Below are positions 1-9,219 of a stretch of 64,000 nucleotides of DNA, piece after piece. Both the position numbers and the translations under genes were made by a program. Under the pieces are notes generated by a model. The model was not told where the DNA came from and made no database searches. It saw only the letters and a program-made list of their open reading frames with translations. Numbering within the stretch: position 1 is the stretch's first letter; the number at the start of each line of letters is the position of its first letter. The stretch lies in sequence record MW272540.1. The stretch is one strand, 5' to 3'.

Positions 1-258
1 GCAGGTAATTTCATCGAACTTCCTATCCCAATCGAAGACCGTGATGTTTTGGATCGAGAAAAGTTGATGAAAATGCACAAAGATGGTATGCTTGTTGGTA
101 TGATTGTCGAATGCGAAGTAAACGCACCAACGACATCAAAAACAAGAAAAGCGGGGGAACCAGAGTTTAGTTTCTTCTTGCCTATCATCAAGAAATTGCG
201 TTATGATAAAGACAAAGCAAATCGTTATGAAGACGTTTTTGTAATCGATGGGGAGTAA
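1..258 (+). CDS. gp30: ATP-dependent DNA ligase, C-terminal end (truncated by window edge)
   Basis: Frame is open from base 1 and ends FFLPIIKKLRYDKDKANRYEDVF, matching the T4 gp30 C-terminal motif (LFLP..LREDK.KANTFEDVF). Confidence 0.85.
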   Translation, partial: AGNFIELPIPIEDRDVLDREKLMKMHKDGMLVGMIVECEVNAPTTSKTRKAGEPEFSFFLPIIKKLRYDKDKANRYEDVFVIDGE

Positions 259-285
259 TCCCCAATCAAATATGAGGAATATATT

Positions 286-477
286 ATGGTAGTTGCATAC
301 ATTACATACAAAGGTGTTGTAAAAGAAACCTCAGTGAATAACAGGGGTTTTGTAGATTTCGGTGTGGTGGGGGTTGACCCGTCACACCTGATCCATACAC
401 CTACCAAATTCAACCCCAATACCTTCACAGATAAAGATGGAAACATTCTTTTTATTAATGTGAGGTCCAAAAAATAA
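286..477 (+). CDS. Hypothetical protein, 63 aa
   Basis: GAGG SD upstream; fills the gap between ligase and dda. Confidence 0.6.
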   Translation: MVVAYITYKGVVKETSVNNRGFVDFGVVGVDPSHLIHTPTKFNPNTFTDKDGNILFINVRSKK

Positions 478-487
478 CGAGAGAACA

Positions 488-1789
488 ATGACAGAAGAAG
501 TAACTTTAACACCAAGTCAACAACGTGTTATTGATTTTGTTATGAATGGAACCGGACACGTTACTGTGTCCGGACCTCCGGGTAGTGGTAAAACCTTCCT
601 TGCAAAATATCTGATTGACGCGATTGGTGATTCCCTTGGTGTAACATTGGCAGCCCCAACACACCAAGCAAAGATCGTTCTATCTGAGATGTCTGGTATG
701 GAAGCATGTACCATTCATAGCCTAATGAAAGTGCATCCAGAGACTCTAGAAGATATTCAAATATTCGACCAAAGTAAAATTCCAGACCTTAGTAAACTCA
801 GATGGTTGTTTGTTGATGAGTGGTCAATGTATGACAAAAAACTCTTCCAAATAATCATGAAGTCAATCCCAGCGTTTACTCGTATTATTGCCTTTGGAGA
901 TAAAGACCAAATCCAGCCAGTTTCACACGAACCGGGGGTTTTGAGTCCTTTCTATACAGACCCTAGATTTACCCAAATAGAAATGACTGATATTATGAGG
1001 CAGTCTTTGGATAATCCAATTATTCAAGTGGCAACCGATATCAGAGAAGGTGGTTGGATTCATCATAACTGGAATAAAGAAAATAAAACCGGGGTTTTTA
1101 AGGTCAAGAGTATATCAGAACTGGTAAATTCCTATCTTCGTGTTGTCAAAACACCTGAAGACCTTATTAATTATCGCTTCCTTGCTTATACAAATAAAGT
1201 AGTTGACAAGGTGAATGGTATTATCCGAAAACATGTATACAAAACAGATAAGCCCATTATCGAAGGTGAAAAATTAGTCCTTCAAGAACCAGTAATGGTT
1301 GAGCACGATGATGGTATTATTGAAACTATATACACCAACGGAGAAACTATCACAGTTAAAAGTATTGAAGTACGAAATGATACCGTTCATATCGATGGTA
1401 GTCCGGATTTCAATATCGAATGTGCTAGTATTTTAGCTCGTTCCGATTACTCTGGGATTGAACATAAGTTTTCTGTTTTTTATGGAAATGAGGCTAAAGA
1501 GGAATTCGACTTTAGAATTTCTGAGGCCGCTGGTGTGATTAAACAAATGCCTCGTGGTGTCTCACAAAGAAATGCGTGGGATTCGTTTTGGTGCGCTAAA
1601 AAGCGTTATATTGACGTTAAGTCTCTTGGGGCTTGTACGATACATAAAAGCCAAGGATCCACCGTTAAAGGCGTTTGGTTGGCCCTGCATGATATTAGCT
1701 ATGCAGACGATAGTCTCCAACAACAACTGTGTTATGTTGCAGTAACCAGACCTACCCAGTTTTGTCTATATTTCGATGGGTCTAAATGA
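488..1789 (+). CDS. dda: Dda SF1B DNA helicase
   Basis: Walker A GPPGSGKT, APTH, TIHS, DEWSM, GDKDQIQP, TIHKSQGST, YVAVTR. Confidence 0.95.
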   Translation: MTEEVTLTPSQQRVIDFVMNGTGHVTVSGPPGSGKTFLAKYLIDAIGDSLGVTLAAPTHQAKIVLSEMSGMEACTIHSLMKVHPETLEDIQIFDQSKIPDLSKLRWLFVDEWSMYDKKLFQIIMKSIPAFTRIIAFGDKDQIQPVSHEPGVLSPFYTDPRFTQIEMTDIMRQSLDNPIIQVATDIREGGWIHHNWNKENKTGVFKVKSISELVNSYLRVVKTPEDLINYRFLAYTNKVVDKVNGIIRKHVYKTDKPIIEGEKLVLQEPVMVEHDDGIIETIYTNGETITVKSIEVRNDTVHIDGSPDFNIECASILARSDYSGIEHKFSVFYGNEAKEEFDFRISEAAGVIKQMPRGVSQRNAWDSFWCAKKRYIDVKSLGACTIHKSQGSTVKGVWLALHDISYADDSLQQQLCYVAVTRPTQFCLYFDGSK

Positions 1790-1838
1790 AGGGGGTTATT
1801 CCCCCTAAATACCTATATAATCCAAAAGAGGAAATATA

Positions 1839-2012
1839 ATGGAAAATTGTATTATTTGTAAACAACCGGTAAGTGATTACGACGCTGTGAAAACTCCACA
1901 TGGTACAGTTCACTCTGGTCCTTGTCTTAGTTATTACAATGACGCATCAAAGACAACTAATCTGAATGAATCAGACCTTGGAAAAGAGCTGGAAAAGGTG
2001 CAGATCCTGTGA
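1839..2012 (+). CDS. uvsY.-2: UvsY.-2-like small protein (57 aa; not in ORF track)
   Basis: MENCIICKQPV...TPHGTVHSGPCLSY resembles T4 UvsY.-2 (CVVCKTP...GPVHPGPC); GAGG SD; stop overlaps the uvsY start. Confidence 0.8.
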   Translation: MENCIICKQPVSDYDAVKTPHGTVHSGPCLSYYNDASKTTNLNESDLGKELEKVQIL

Positions 2013-2449
2013 GCGAACCTAAAAAGAATCAAGCATTTTCTTTAGAGGGTTTGCAAGAAGAATTGGAACAAGATTTACATATCGACCGTGGTAACATCCA
2101 AAATTCTGCAATGGATAATCCGATCATATACGGTAAATGGATCCGACATAAAGCGTCTTTGTGTCGGCAAAGGATTGGAATTGAAGCCGAACGGGTTACC
2201 GTTCTTAAAGAACGATTGATGTTTAACACTGGAAGAGGTGATGATGTTTGTGAATTCGATTTTTCACCGACTGAACTAAAAACTATTATTCCAGCAGAAG
2301 ACGAAGTGTTGATTGTAACCAAGAAACTAGATTATCTTGACTTGATGATCAAGTTTTGCGATGGTGCAATTGAAGCAGTTCGACAACGTGGATTTAGTAT
2401 CAGAGCAATAATCGATCACCAAGCTCTAATATCCGGAACAAAATTTTAA
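2009..2449 (+). CDS. uvsY: Recombination mediator UvsY
   Basis: LEQDLHID...NPIIYGKW...FCDGAIEAVRQRGFSI; size and synteny match T4 UvsY. Confidence 0.9.
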   Translation: MSEPKKNQAFSLEGLQEELEQDLHIDRGNIQNSAMDNPIIYGKWIRHKASLCRQRIGIEAERVTVLKERLMFNTGRGDDVCEFDFSPTELKTIIPAEDEVLIVTKKLDYLDLMIKFCDGAIEAVRQRGFSIRAIIDHQALISGTKF

Positions 2450-2453
2450 AAAC

Positions 2454-2485
2454 AAAAAGCCCACTCTCATTGAGTGGGCTTTTTT
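2454..2485. terminator. Bidirectional rho-independent terminator
   Basis: AAAAAGCCCACTC-tcatt-GAGTGGGCTTTTTT between convergent uvsY and uvsW.1. Confidence 0.85.
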
Positions 2486-2486
2486 A

Positions 2487-2765
2487 TTAGAAATCTTCTA
2501 CTTCTTCACCTTCACCAGCCTCTTCAGCTGCAAAGGCTTCTTTTCGACCTTCAATCGCATCACGGATCTGAATATCATCGGTATCTGAAATAGATACGGT
2601 TTTTCTTCTGGACTTATAATATCGTTCCAGTTCATCCAAACCTGATTTAGTCATCACCGCCATAATTTTACCTAAAAACTTTTCCACAGAAACCTGCGGT
2701 TTGTCATCTTCTCCACGTTCTTCGGTTTCCTCAACCAAAAGAACATAATCACCAAATGGAATCAC
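2487..2765 (-). CDS. uvsW.1: UvsW.1
   Basis: GLDELERYYKSR...DTDDIQIRDAIEGRK matches T4 UvsW.1; follows uvsW. Confidence 0.85.
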   Translation of the reverse strand: MIPFGDYVLLVEETEERGEDDKPQVSVEKFLGKIMAVMTKSGLDELERYYKSRRKTVSISDTDDIQIRDAIEGRKEAFAAEEAGEGEEVEDF

Positions 2766-4297
2766 AGTATTACCTCTCTAATTGTATATTCAAATTTTTC
2801 TGAATTGTATTTCTCAATACGAAGTAGACCATGTTTATATAAATAGTTTTTATGACTATATTTAACTGAACCCGGTTTACTCGTTTTTGATTCTATACAA
2901 AGATTATCTATAATGTCCCACAGATACGCCATATCTTTAGAACCATGTTTACGTAAAACACGACCGATTGATTGCAACACAAGGGTTTTTGCCTTAATAC
3001 CGGCTGCAAAAATAACGTGGTGTAGTTTCTTAATAGAAATACCAGTAGAGAAAACACCTAAACTCGCAACGATAATAACACCATCCCCAGCCTCTGCAAT
3101 TTTCTTCAATTCGTCTCGTTCATCAACTTTCGTACCACCATTCGCAAAATAAACTTTATCGTGTTTTTTCTTTAAAGCTTCGTAGAGCAATTTACCATGG
3201 TTAGTATGTCTAAAGAGTACAAGCGTATTTTCTTTCTTCTCTTTAGCTAGTTTCAGAGCTAGTTTACAAATAACCGCATTTCTTCTGGTGTGCTGTTCTA
3301 CGTAATCAATTTCTTGTTTATATTCTATACCCTTAACTAAAATACAATCCTCTTTTGGATATCTTAGCATAAGGCTATTTATTTTTAAGTCCGTTACTTG
3401 ACCTTCTTCCATTAATTGGACGGTGGAGACTGGTTTAAAAACTTCCCCAAACAATCCGACATAAGACATGATGTGACTCTTTCCATCTTTAAGCGAACCA
3501 CTCATACCGAACTTATAAGGGCATTCTGATAGATTGGTGACGATACTTTTGATCTCAGTCCCCAAGTTGTGACATTCGTCGATTATCAGACAACCAAATT
3601 GTTTAAACCAATGTATAGGCTGTTTGGACGCACTTTGCCAAGTAGATACATAGATTGGGGAATCTGAATCTTTGGACCTCCCAGACATAATACCGTGGCT
3701 ATATTTTGGATGCATGAAGCCATAATCTTTAAAATCATCTATCATCTGATTTACAAGACCGGTAGTTGGGACTATTAAAAGAACCTTCCCGCTATAATTG
3801 GTGATATACCAATAACAAATCAACGCCGCAATTAATGATTTACCTGCCGATGTTGGAAGGTTTAAAATACCACGGTTATGTGTGATCGCATAATAAACTG
3901 CATCTGCCTGATACCAATGGGCAGTAATTTTTTCCCCATTGCTAAGGATCTCTATTTCACTAAGCCATTTGTCGAAATCTTCTCTCGATGGGAAATGTAC
4001 ATCAGGAGTAAAATCTTCATCTTTCTCGAACTCGTAATCATTCTTTATACAATATTTTTCTAGATGATTGACTAGTCCATAAGGGAACTTCCCATCTGGT
4101 TGTAAAAGACGGATCCTACCATCCCACCCACTATATCTATATTTTGGGTTAAATTTGGCCCCGTTATCAGTTTCAAAAGAATAGTATTCTCTAAGCTCTC
4201 TAAAAATGTCCTGTTCTGTATCAATCACCGCATGACTATAGTCGTAAAATTTCGCTTTAACTTTCATCATATTCTCACTGTGTTTAAAATTTGTCAT
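2762..4297 (-). CDS. uvsW: UvsW SF2 helicase
   Basis: LPTSAGKSLI, DECH, SGSL, FSTGISIKKLHH, QSIGRVLR. Confidence 0.95.
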   Translation of the reverse strand: MTNFKHSENMMKVKAKFYDYSHAVIDTEQDIFRELREYYSFETDNGAKFNPKYRYSGWDGRIRLLQPDGKFPYGLVNHLEKYCIKNDYEFEKDEDFTPDVHFPSREDFDKWLSEIEILSNGEKITAHWYQADAVYYAITHNRGILNLPTSAGKSLIAALICYWYITNYSGKVLLIVPTTGLVNQMIDDFKDYGFMHPKYSHGIMSGRSKDSDSPIYVSTWQSASKQPIHWFKQFGCLIIDECHNLGTEIKSIVTNLSECPYKFGMSGSLKDGKSHIMSYVGLFGEVFKPVSTVQLMEEGQVTDLKINSLMLRYPKEDCILVKGIEYKQEIDYVEQHTRRNAVICKLALKLAKEKKENTLVLFRHTNHGKLLYEALKKKHDKVYFANGGTKVDERDELKKIAEAGDGVIIVASLGVFSTGISIKKLHHVIFAAGIKAKTLVLQSIGRVLRKHGSKDMAYLWDIIDNLCIESKTSKPGSVKYSHKNYLYKHGLLRIEKYNSEKFEYTIREVIL

Positions 4298-4304
4298 ATA
4301 TGAT

Positions 4305-4324
4305 TATTTAGGGAACTCTAAATA
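4305..4324. promoter_or_regulatory. Back-to-back late-type promoters (CTAAATA on each strand)
   Basis: TATTTAG at 4305-4311 points to uvsW; CTAAATA at 4318-4324 points to the membrane-protein gene. Confidence 0.65.
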
Positions 4325-4368
4325 AATTGGAGGGGATGCATTTTCCCTCTTGTGTAGGGAGAATAAAA

Positions 4369-4737
4369 ATGCTTATTAATAGCAAGTTATTTAAAGACAC
4401 TCTACCAGTCATAACGGTTATTATAGGTATTTGGGTTTCAATATTCTCATACAATGAGTTTATTGCTGACACAAGGCAGATTGCACTAAAAGAAGAGATA
4501 ACATCCCACATGGATAGATCTATAGACACATTACGGACAGAGATTAAGTCGCTACCAAATAAGGAGTCTGTAGAAACTGCACAATTGAGGGCTATGTTAT
4601 ACAGTAAGGATCTAATCGACGAGGTTAATAGGGGGAACCGAGAAGAATTATCTAGACTGGAAAAACGTATCAATGATATGGAAAGTGCAAAAAATGACAT
4701 ACCAAAAAATCGTAAGTATAAAAGCGAGGAAGGTTGA
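4369..4737 (+). CDS. Single-pass membrane protein with C-terminal coiled coil
   Basis: Hydrophobic TLPVITVIIGIWVSIFSY followed by charged heptads; GGGAG SD before ATG 4369. Confidence 0.6.
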   Translation: MLINSKLFKDTLPVITVIIGIWVSIFSYNEFIADTRQIALKEEITSHMDRSIDTLRTEIKSLPNKESVETAQLRAMLYSKDLIDEVNRGNREELSRLEKRINDMESAKNDIPKNRKYKSEEG

Positions 4738-4758
4738 GTTGTCTATGTGGGGTCATGG

Positions 4759-4787
4759 TGCGAATTTTGCTCATGACCTTTTTTTTG
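4759..4787 (+). terminator. Rho-independent terminator
   Basis: GGTCATG-loop-CATGACC followed by a T run. Confidence 0.7.
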
Positions 4788-4806
4788 AAAAACGGAGTGG
4801 TTATAT

Positions 4807-5838
4807 ATGATCGGGTATATATTAAAGAAAGATGATTTGCGTACTATAGAAGTAATTGAATTTGTAGGGTACGACAAAAATATGAAAAATAAATATTATA
4901 AAATAATATGTTCATTATGTTCTAAAGATCAGGAGCTATTCTATAAAGATTTTATAATGTCTAGTTCAAATATCAAAAAAGGTCGCATACCTTGTGGGTG
5001 TTCGTCTTGTCCTAATTGGGATGAAACTCAAACAAAAGTTTTGGTAACAAGAAAGTCAAATAATAGGTTTTATGTTGGTGATTATGATAGTTACATAGGA
5101 AGAAACACGAAAGTGAATCTAACTTGCATTAAATGTAATCATAAATGGAAACCTTCAGTTTCTAGTATATTATCCGGTAAAGGGTGTGATAAATGTGCAA
5201 GAAAGCAATCATCCATCGATAGGTCAAACAAAAAAGCGGAAGGATACCTAATAAAATATCTGTCTGAGAAAGGATATATTTTTGTTGGGTGGGAATTTGG
5301 AAAATACGAAAACACGTTTTCTAAATTCCAGTTTATGTGCCCAATACATGGTGAAAAATGGGGAACATACAACAATATCATAAACCACAAAAGAGGTTGT
5401 TCAGATTGTACCGATAAAGGTGGTGGATTCGACAGGACATCAGATGTTTCATACCTATACTTGGTTGAATGGACCAATGACATGGGATATTCATGGTTGA
5501 AATATGGTATAACAAATAATATGTCAAGAAGAATTAAACAGATTAAAAATGAAAACTTAAGAAAAAATGGTAGGGTATTGTTAAACAGAATACTGCATGT
5601 TTTTACCGGTTCTGGTGGTGATATAGCAAGTATAGAATCTTCTATAAAAAATCTGGTAGGAAAATCCCCAACAAATAAATCAGAAATGTATAGTGGGTTT
5701 ACTGAGTGTACAAGCAAGAATAACCTGTCAAAAATAATTTCATTAATTTCAGAAAATCATTTGCAAGAGATACCCTATGATGGTACTATAGACATCGTTG
5801 AGAAAAGGTCACCAAATGAGGTTGAAGATGACGAATGA
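4807..5838 (+). mobile_element. Putative free-standing homing endonuclease (Zn-ribbon repeats plus GIY-YIG-like C-terminus)
   Basis: Several CxxC units (CSLC, CGCSSC, CIKC..CDKC, CPIHG..CSDC) then YLYLVEW...LKYGITNNMSRRIKQ. Confidence 0.7.
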
Positions 5839-6334
5839 ACAAATTAACATTGTTATGAACAATTCGACCAGATTATTATTCGATCTCGATGGGGTACAAG
5901 CCGACTGGTGTATGGCGTTTGACCTTCGGTTTGGTGCTGGTGCTTCTGAACAGTTTGACCTTCTTGAGAAAGAAGACAAGGACAATATCAAAACCGAGCT
6001 GGCAAATGGTGATTTCTATCGACGTTTACCAGTTATGGAAAAGGGTGTTTCTCTGGTCATTGAAATGGTTCGTCGTGGTCGTGATGTTTCTATTTTGACT
6101 AGCGTTGGTCGTCAAAACCCAGAAAATGTAGTGCGTCAGAAAAAAGCTTGGATTTCTGATGTTTACCCAGCTGATGTTGCTAAGGTTCTCCTCGAAAACT
6201 TCTTCTTTACTCTGTGTAGTGAGGATAAAGCGGCCTTTGCGAGACCGGATATCTGTCTGATTGATGACCGTGAAAAGAGCCGCAAACCATTCATCGCTGC
6301 GGGCGGTATGGCCATCGATATCGGGGATCTCTGA
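5828..6334 (+). CDS. HAD-family 5'(3')-nucleotidase/phosphatase
   Basis: Motif I FDLDGVQAD, ILTS, motif IV LIDDREK. Confidence 0.75.
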   Translation: MTNEQINIVMNNSTRLLFDLDGVQADWCMAFDLRFGAGASEQFDLLEKEDKDNIKTELANGDFYRRLPVMEKGVSLVIEMVRRGRDVSILTSVGRQNPENVVRQKKAWISDVYPADVAKVLLENFFFTLCSEDKAAFARPDICLIDDREKSRKPFIAAGGMAIDIGDL

Positions 6335-6555
6335 TGGAAAATTTATTGTTGACAGTGAATATGATATCTGCTTCAATTGGTTTCATGGCAATATTGATTT
6401 TTGGAGACCATTTTTCTGAAAGACCTAATGTCCACCGAGGAATTTTGTTGGTGGTAAGTATTACCGTTTTCTTTGGGTATCTATGGTATGACATTTCATT
6501 CTATTATCCAGTAGGAATGTGTTTTTATTCTTTAATCTTAAAACTGAGGAATTAA
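6334..6555 (+). CDS. Small membrane protein (2 predicted TM helices)
   Basis: Two hydrophobic stretches; stop/start overlap with the upstream gene. Confidence 0.55.
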   Translation: MENLLLTVNMISASIGFMAILIFGDHFSERPNVHRGILLVVSITVFFGYLWYDISFYYPVGMCFYSLILKLRN

Positions 6556-6557
6556 TT

Positions 6558-6866
6558 ATGGAAATGTTTTTGAAAACTGCATTGTTTGGTGTTGTGGTTT
6601 TTTCTTTGGGGTGGTTGATTGATTGGTATTTTCATGGTCGAACCCAACCAGAAGAGAAAACTAAAAAAATTGTGTTGTCAAACACAGACAATCAGCGTAA
6701 AATGAAAAACGAATATAATAAACAAGTTCTGGTGCACAAAAAGCAGGAAAGCCAGAACAAGACACATAGTCGTGTTCTGCACACGGAGATTAAAGAAACT
6801 CCAAAAATCCATCCAGTAATGGCAAACTTTTTAAACAAACTTTATCAAGAAGGTAAAAATAAATGA
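6558..6866 (+). CDS. Hypothetical protein with N-terminal TM anchor
   Basis: GAGG SD; hydrophobic ALFGVVVFSLGWLIDWYF. Confidence 0.6.
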   Translation: MEMFLKTALFGVVVFSLGWLIDWYFHGRTQPEEKTKKIVLSNTDNQRKMKNEYNKQVLVHKKQESQNKTHSRVLHTEIKETPKIHPVMANFLNKLYQEGKNK

Positions 6867-7198
6867 GCGTAGGAATTCGCCCGGAATATCCAAACATTGT
6901 GTTTTTTAAAAATTCAGATGGAACATTCTCTAATCAATTTGCTTGGCGAAACGATAAAGGTCGAGATGCAGAAGCACTCCCGATAAAAATCAAGTCTTAT
7001 GAAGATCTGGAAGAACAGTGTCGTATTGTTAACGAAGGTCTAAAATATTTTGTGTGTTCTTCATGTGGGGTCGCACAAGATGAAGATCAATTTGCAGGCT
7101 TTGTATTTGCTGCAAAATATTGCAGTGGTTGTAAAAACACCAAAAAACAAGTTGCAAGTGCCATCAAAGAAAGCAAACAACCCGGTTTTTATAGTTAA
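6863..7198 (+). CDS. Hypothetical Zn-finger protein
   Basis: CSSC-x17-CSGC; ATGA coupling to the upstream gene. Confidence 0.6.
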   Translation: MSVGIRPEYPNIVFFKNSDGTFSNQFAWRNDKGRDAEALPIKIKSYEDLEEQCRIVNEGLKYFVCSSCGVAQDEDQFAGFVFAAKYCSGCKNTKKQVASAIKESKQPGFYS

Positions 7199-7210
7199 GG
7201 AGAAATAAAA

Positions 7211-8212
7211 ATGATTTTTGTAAAATATAATTCGCTTGAGAACCATTATCGTCAAAACGTGATTGATTCATTTGTACAGTCGGGATATACATCACCCGGC
7301 GTAGAATGGATTGCAATGGAGAAGATCCACGGTACAAACTTTCAAATTGCTGTAGATGATAATTATGTACAGGCTGGGCGACGGACCGACCTTCTGGGAG
7401 ATTTCGACCAGTTTTATGAAGCGGACCTGATTGTTAAGAAATATCACGATAATGCTCGGAATGTTTACAATTTTGTAAAATATCATTATCCAGCCGCCAC
7501 ACAGATTACAATTTTTGGTGAGTATGCAGGTAACCTGACTACTGGTAAGATGATCCAAAAAGAAGTAGAGTATGGTGAACAAGATTTTTACGTGTTTGAT
7601 GTTTTCGTCTTCTCAGGTGATGAAGGGATGTATCTTTCCCATGATTTTGTTATGATGGCGATTGATGGTAACTTTAAACATGCACCAATTATCTATCGAG
7701 GTGATTTTGAAGGTGTCACAAAACTCCCGAACGACTTCCAATCCGTTGTTATCCCAAGTAACAAAGCCGGGAAATTTGGTCTGGTTCAAGGGACCGATAA
7801 CACCGCAGAGGGTTTTGTTGCTAAAACTGTAGAACCGCACTACACCCGCCATGGTCGGACTATTTTCAAATCGAAAAACTCTAAGTTTACGGAGAAAGAG
7901 AAATCCGATAAGCCGGTAAAGGTAAAAGAACCTCTCGGGGAATCCGACCTTGCAATGGTACATGAGATTGCAGAATACATCACGGTAAACCGACTCAAAA
8001 ACGTACTCAGTAAGATTGGTATCCCAACCACTAAAGAGTTTGGTAAAGTTTCCGGTAACCTTTCTAAGGATGCAATTGAGGACTTTACAAAGGATACAGA
8101 AAAGAGTCTTCGTGATGCGGAACGCCCGTCTGATGTGGGTAAAGCAGTGAACAACCTTTCCGGGGAACTGGTTCGGGAACACTGGATGAACATTCTTGAT
8201 GGAAATTTCTAA
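7211..8212 (+). CDS. rnlB: RNA ligase 2
   Basis: Motif I EKIHGTNF, FGEYAG, FYVFDV, EGFV, FKSKNSKF; C-domain RLKNVLSKIG. Confidence 0.92.
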   Translation: MIFVKYNSLENHYRQNVIDSFVQSGYTSPGVEWIAMEKIHGTNFQIAVDDNYVQAGRRTDLLGDFDQFYEADLIVKKYHDNARNVYNFVKYHYPAATQITIFGEYAGNLTTGKMIQKEVEYGEQDFYVFDVFVFSGDEGMYLSHDFVMMAIDGNFKHAPIIYRGDFEGVTKLPNDFQSVVIPSNKAGKFGLVQGTDNTAEGFVAKTVEPHYTRHGRTIFKSKNSKFTEKEKSDKPVKVKEPLGESDLAMVHEIAEYITVNRLKNVLSKIGIPTTKEFGKVSGNLSKDAIEDFTKDTEKSLRDAERPSDVGKAVNNLSGELVREHWMNILDGNF

Positions 8213-8223
8213 AAAATAAATGA

Positions 8224-8260
8224 AAAGGGCTTGCTATCCGGTAAGCCCTTTTGATACTAT
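8224..8260 (+). promoter_or_regulatory. Sigma70-like early promoter overlapping a palindromic terminator
   Basis: TTGCTA-N18-TACTAT; the -35 and spacer lie within AAAAGGGCTT...AAGCCCTTTT. Confidence 0.55.
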
Positions 8261-8295
8261 ATCCATATCGAAACAAGAGACAAAAGGAAAGGTAT

Positions 8296-8937
8296 ATGGA
8301 CCACGTAAAATTCAACGAGATCATGGAAAATGTAGTTGGTATGGTTGAATCCGGGTTTGTTTCCAAGGCCGGTCAGAAACGAGCACTCAACGAATGTACC
8401 AATATGATGAATATGGTACGTGCTGAGTTCTCTTCCTTTTATCTCGACTCCATCAGCTTCGAAGAACGCAATATGAATCTTCCAGAGCATTCCGCAGCGG
8501 TTGACCTTTATTATGCACAACCAAACACAGCAACTTTCGGTAAGTACCTGAAGAAAGCAGAAAGCGCAATGCCTTGGATGGATAAGACCCTGTGTAACGA
8601 GCTGATATCTTTGGGCGAACAAGTTGTGGCAGTTATCGAGACCGTCAAGTCTGCTGAAATCAACGTTCCGGCTCCGAAGGTAAACGAAAAAGAAGTCGCC
8701 ATCAAAGAAAGTATCATGGATATCATGAAACGTCGTGGTGAACAGTACAACCGCTGTCTGCACCTTGATGAAGTTTTCGGATCCATGTGTGTGACTGCCA
8801 ATGTTCACATCGTTCACGGTCACAAAGGTACGGTCTTCCTTCGCGCCTTCTACTACGTTCTTGGTCGTCTGACCCCCCTGAGTGTGATTATCGCAGCCAT
8901 GGAAGAAAGCGCCCGCCGTGAAAAGGCAAACGGATGA
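8296..8937 (+). CDS. Hypothetical protein
   Basis: AGGAAAGG SD; high-expression codon style; coupled to the next ORF. Confidence 0.7.
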   Translation: MDHVKFNEIMENVVGMVESGFVSKAGQKRALNECTNMMNMVRAEFSSFYLDSISFEERNMNLPEHSAAVDLYYAQPNTATFGKYLKKAESAMPWMDKTLCNELISLGEQVVAVIETVKSAEINVPAPKVNEKEVAIKESIMDIMKRRGEQYNRCLHLDEVFGSMCVTANVHIVHGHKGTVFLRAFYYVLGRLTPLSVIIAAMEESARREKANG

Positions 8938-9197
8938 TGAATAAGAAAGCTCATGAGTTAATGGTGGGCCTGCTAAATGCGGGCCTTGATTGTAAGTTGA
9001 TATCGTCATCAACCAGTACATATATTAATGTAGAGGGTCACATGGTTAGAATATCTGATCATCGGGGCCATTCTAAATTTAAAGGTACACAAATCAGAAA
9101 AGATAGTGGATACCAGAAAACAAAATATGGTATGATATTTGGATATGGAGAAATTCCTATGGCGATTAAACATATTAAGAAATGCCTAAATAAGTAA
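8934..9197 (+). CDS. Hypothetical basic protein (VRISDH motif)
   Basis: ATGA overlap with the upstream stop. Confidence 0.6.
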   Translation: MMNKKAHELMVGLLNAGLDCKLISSSTSTYINVEGHMVRISDHRGHSKFKGTQIRKDSGYQKTKYGMIFGYGEIPMAIKHIKKCLNK

Positions 9198-9219
9198 TAT
9201 TGTTGTAGAGGAAAATCTA

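Noticed and set aside
7292-9021. Long minus-strand ORFs over rnlB and the 8296 gene (e.g. 7613-8182, 8257-9021)
   Set aside because: Shadow frames of well-supported plus-strand genes.
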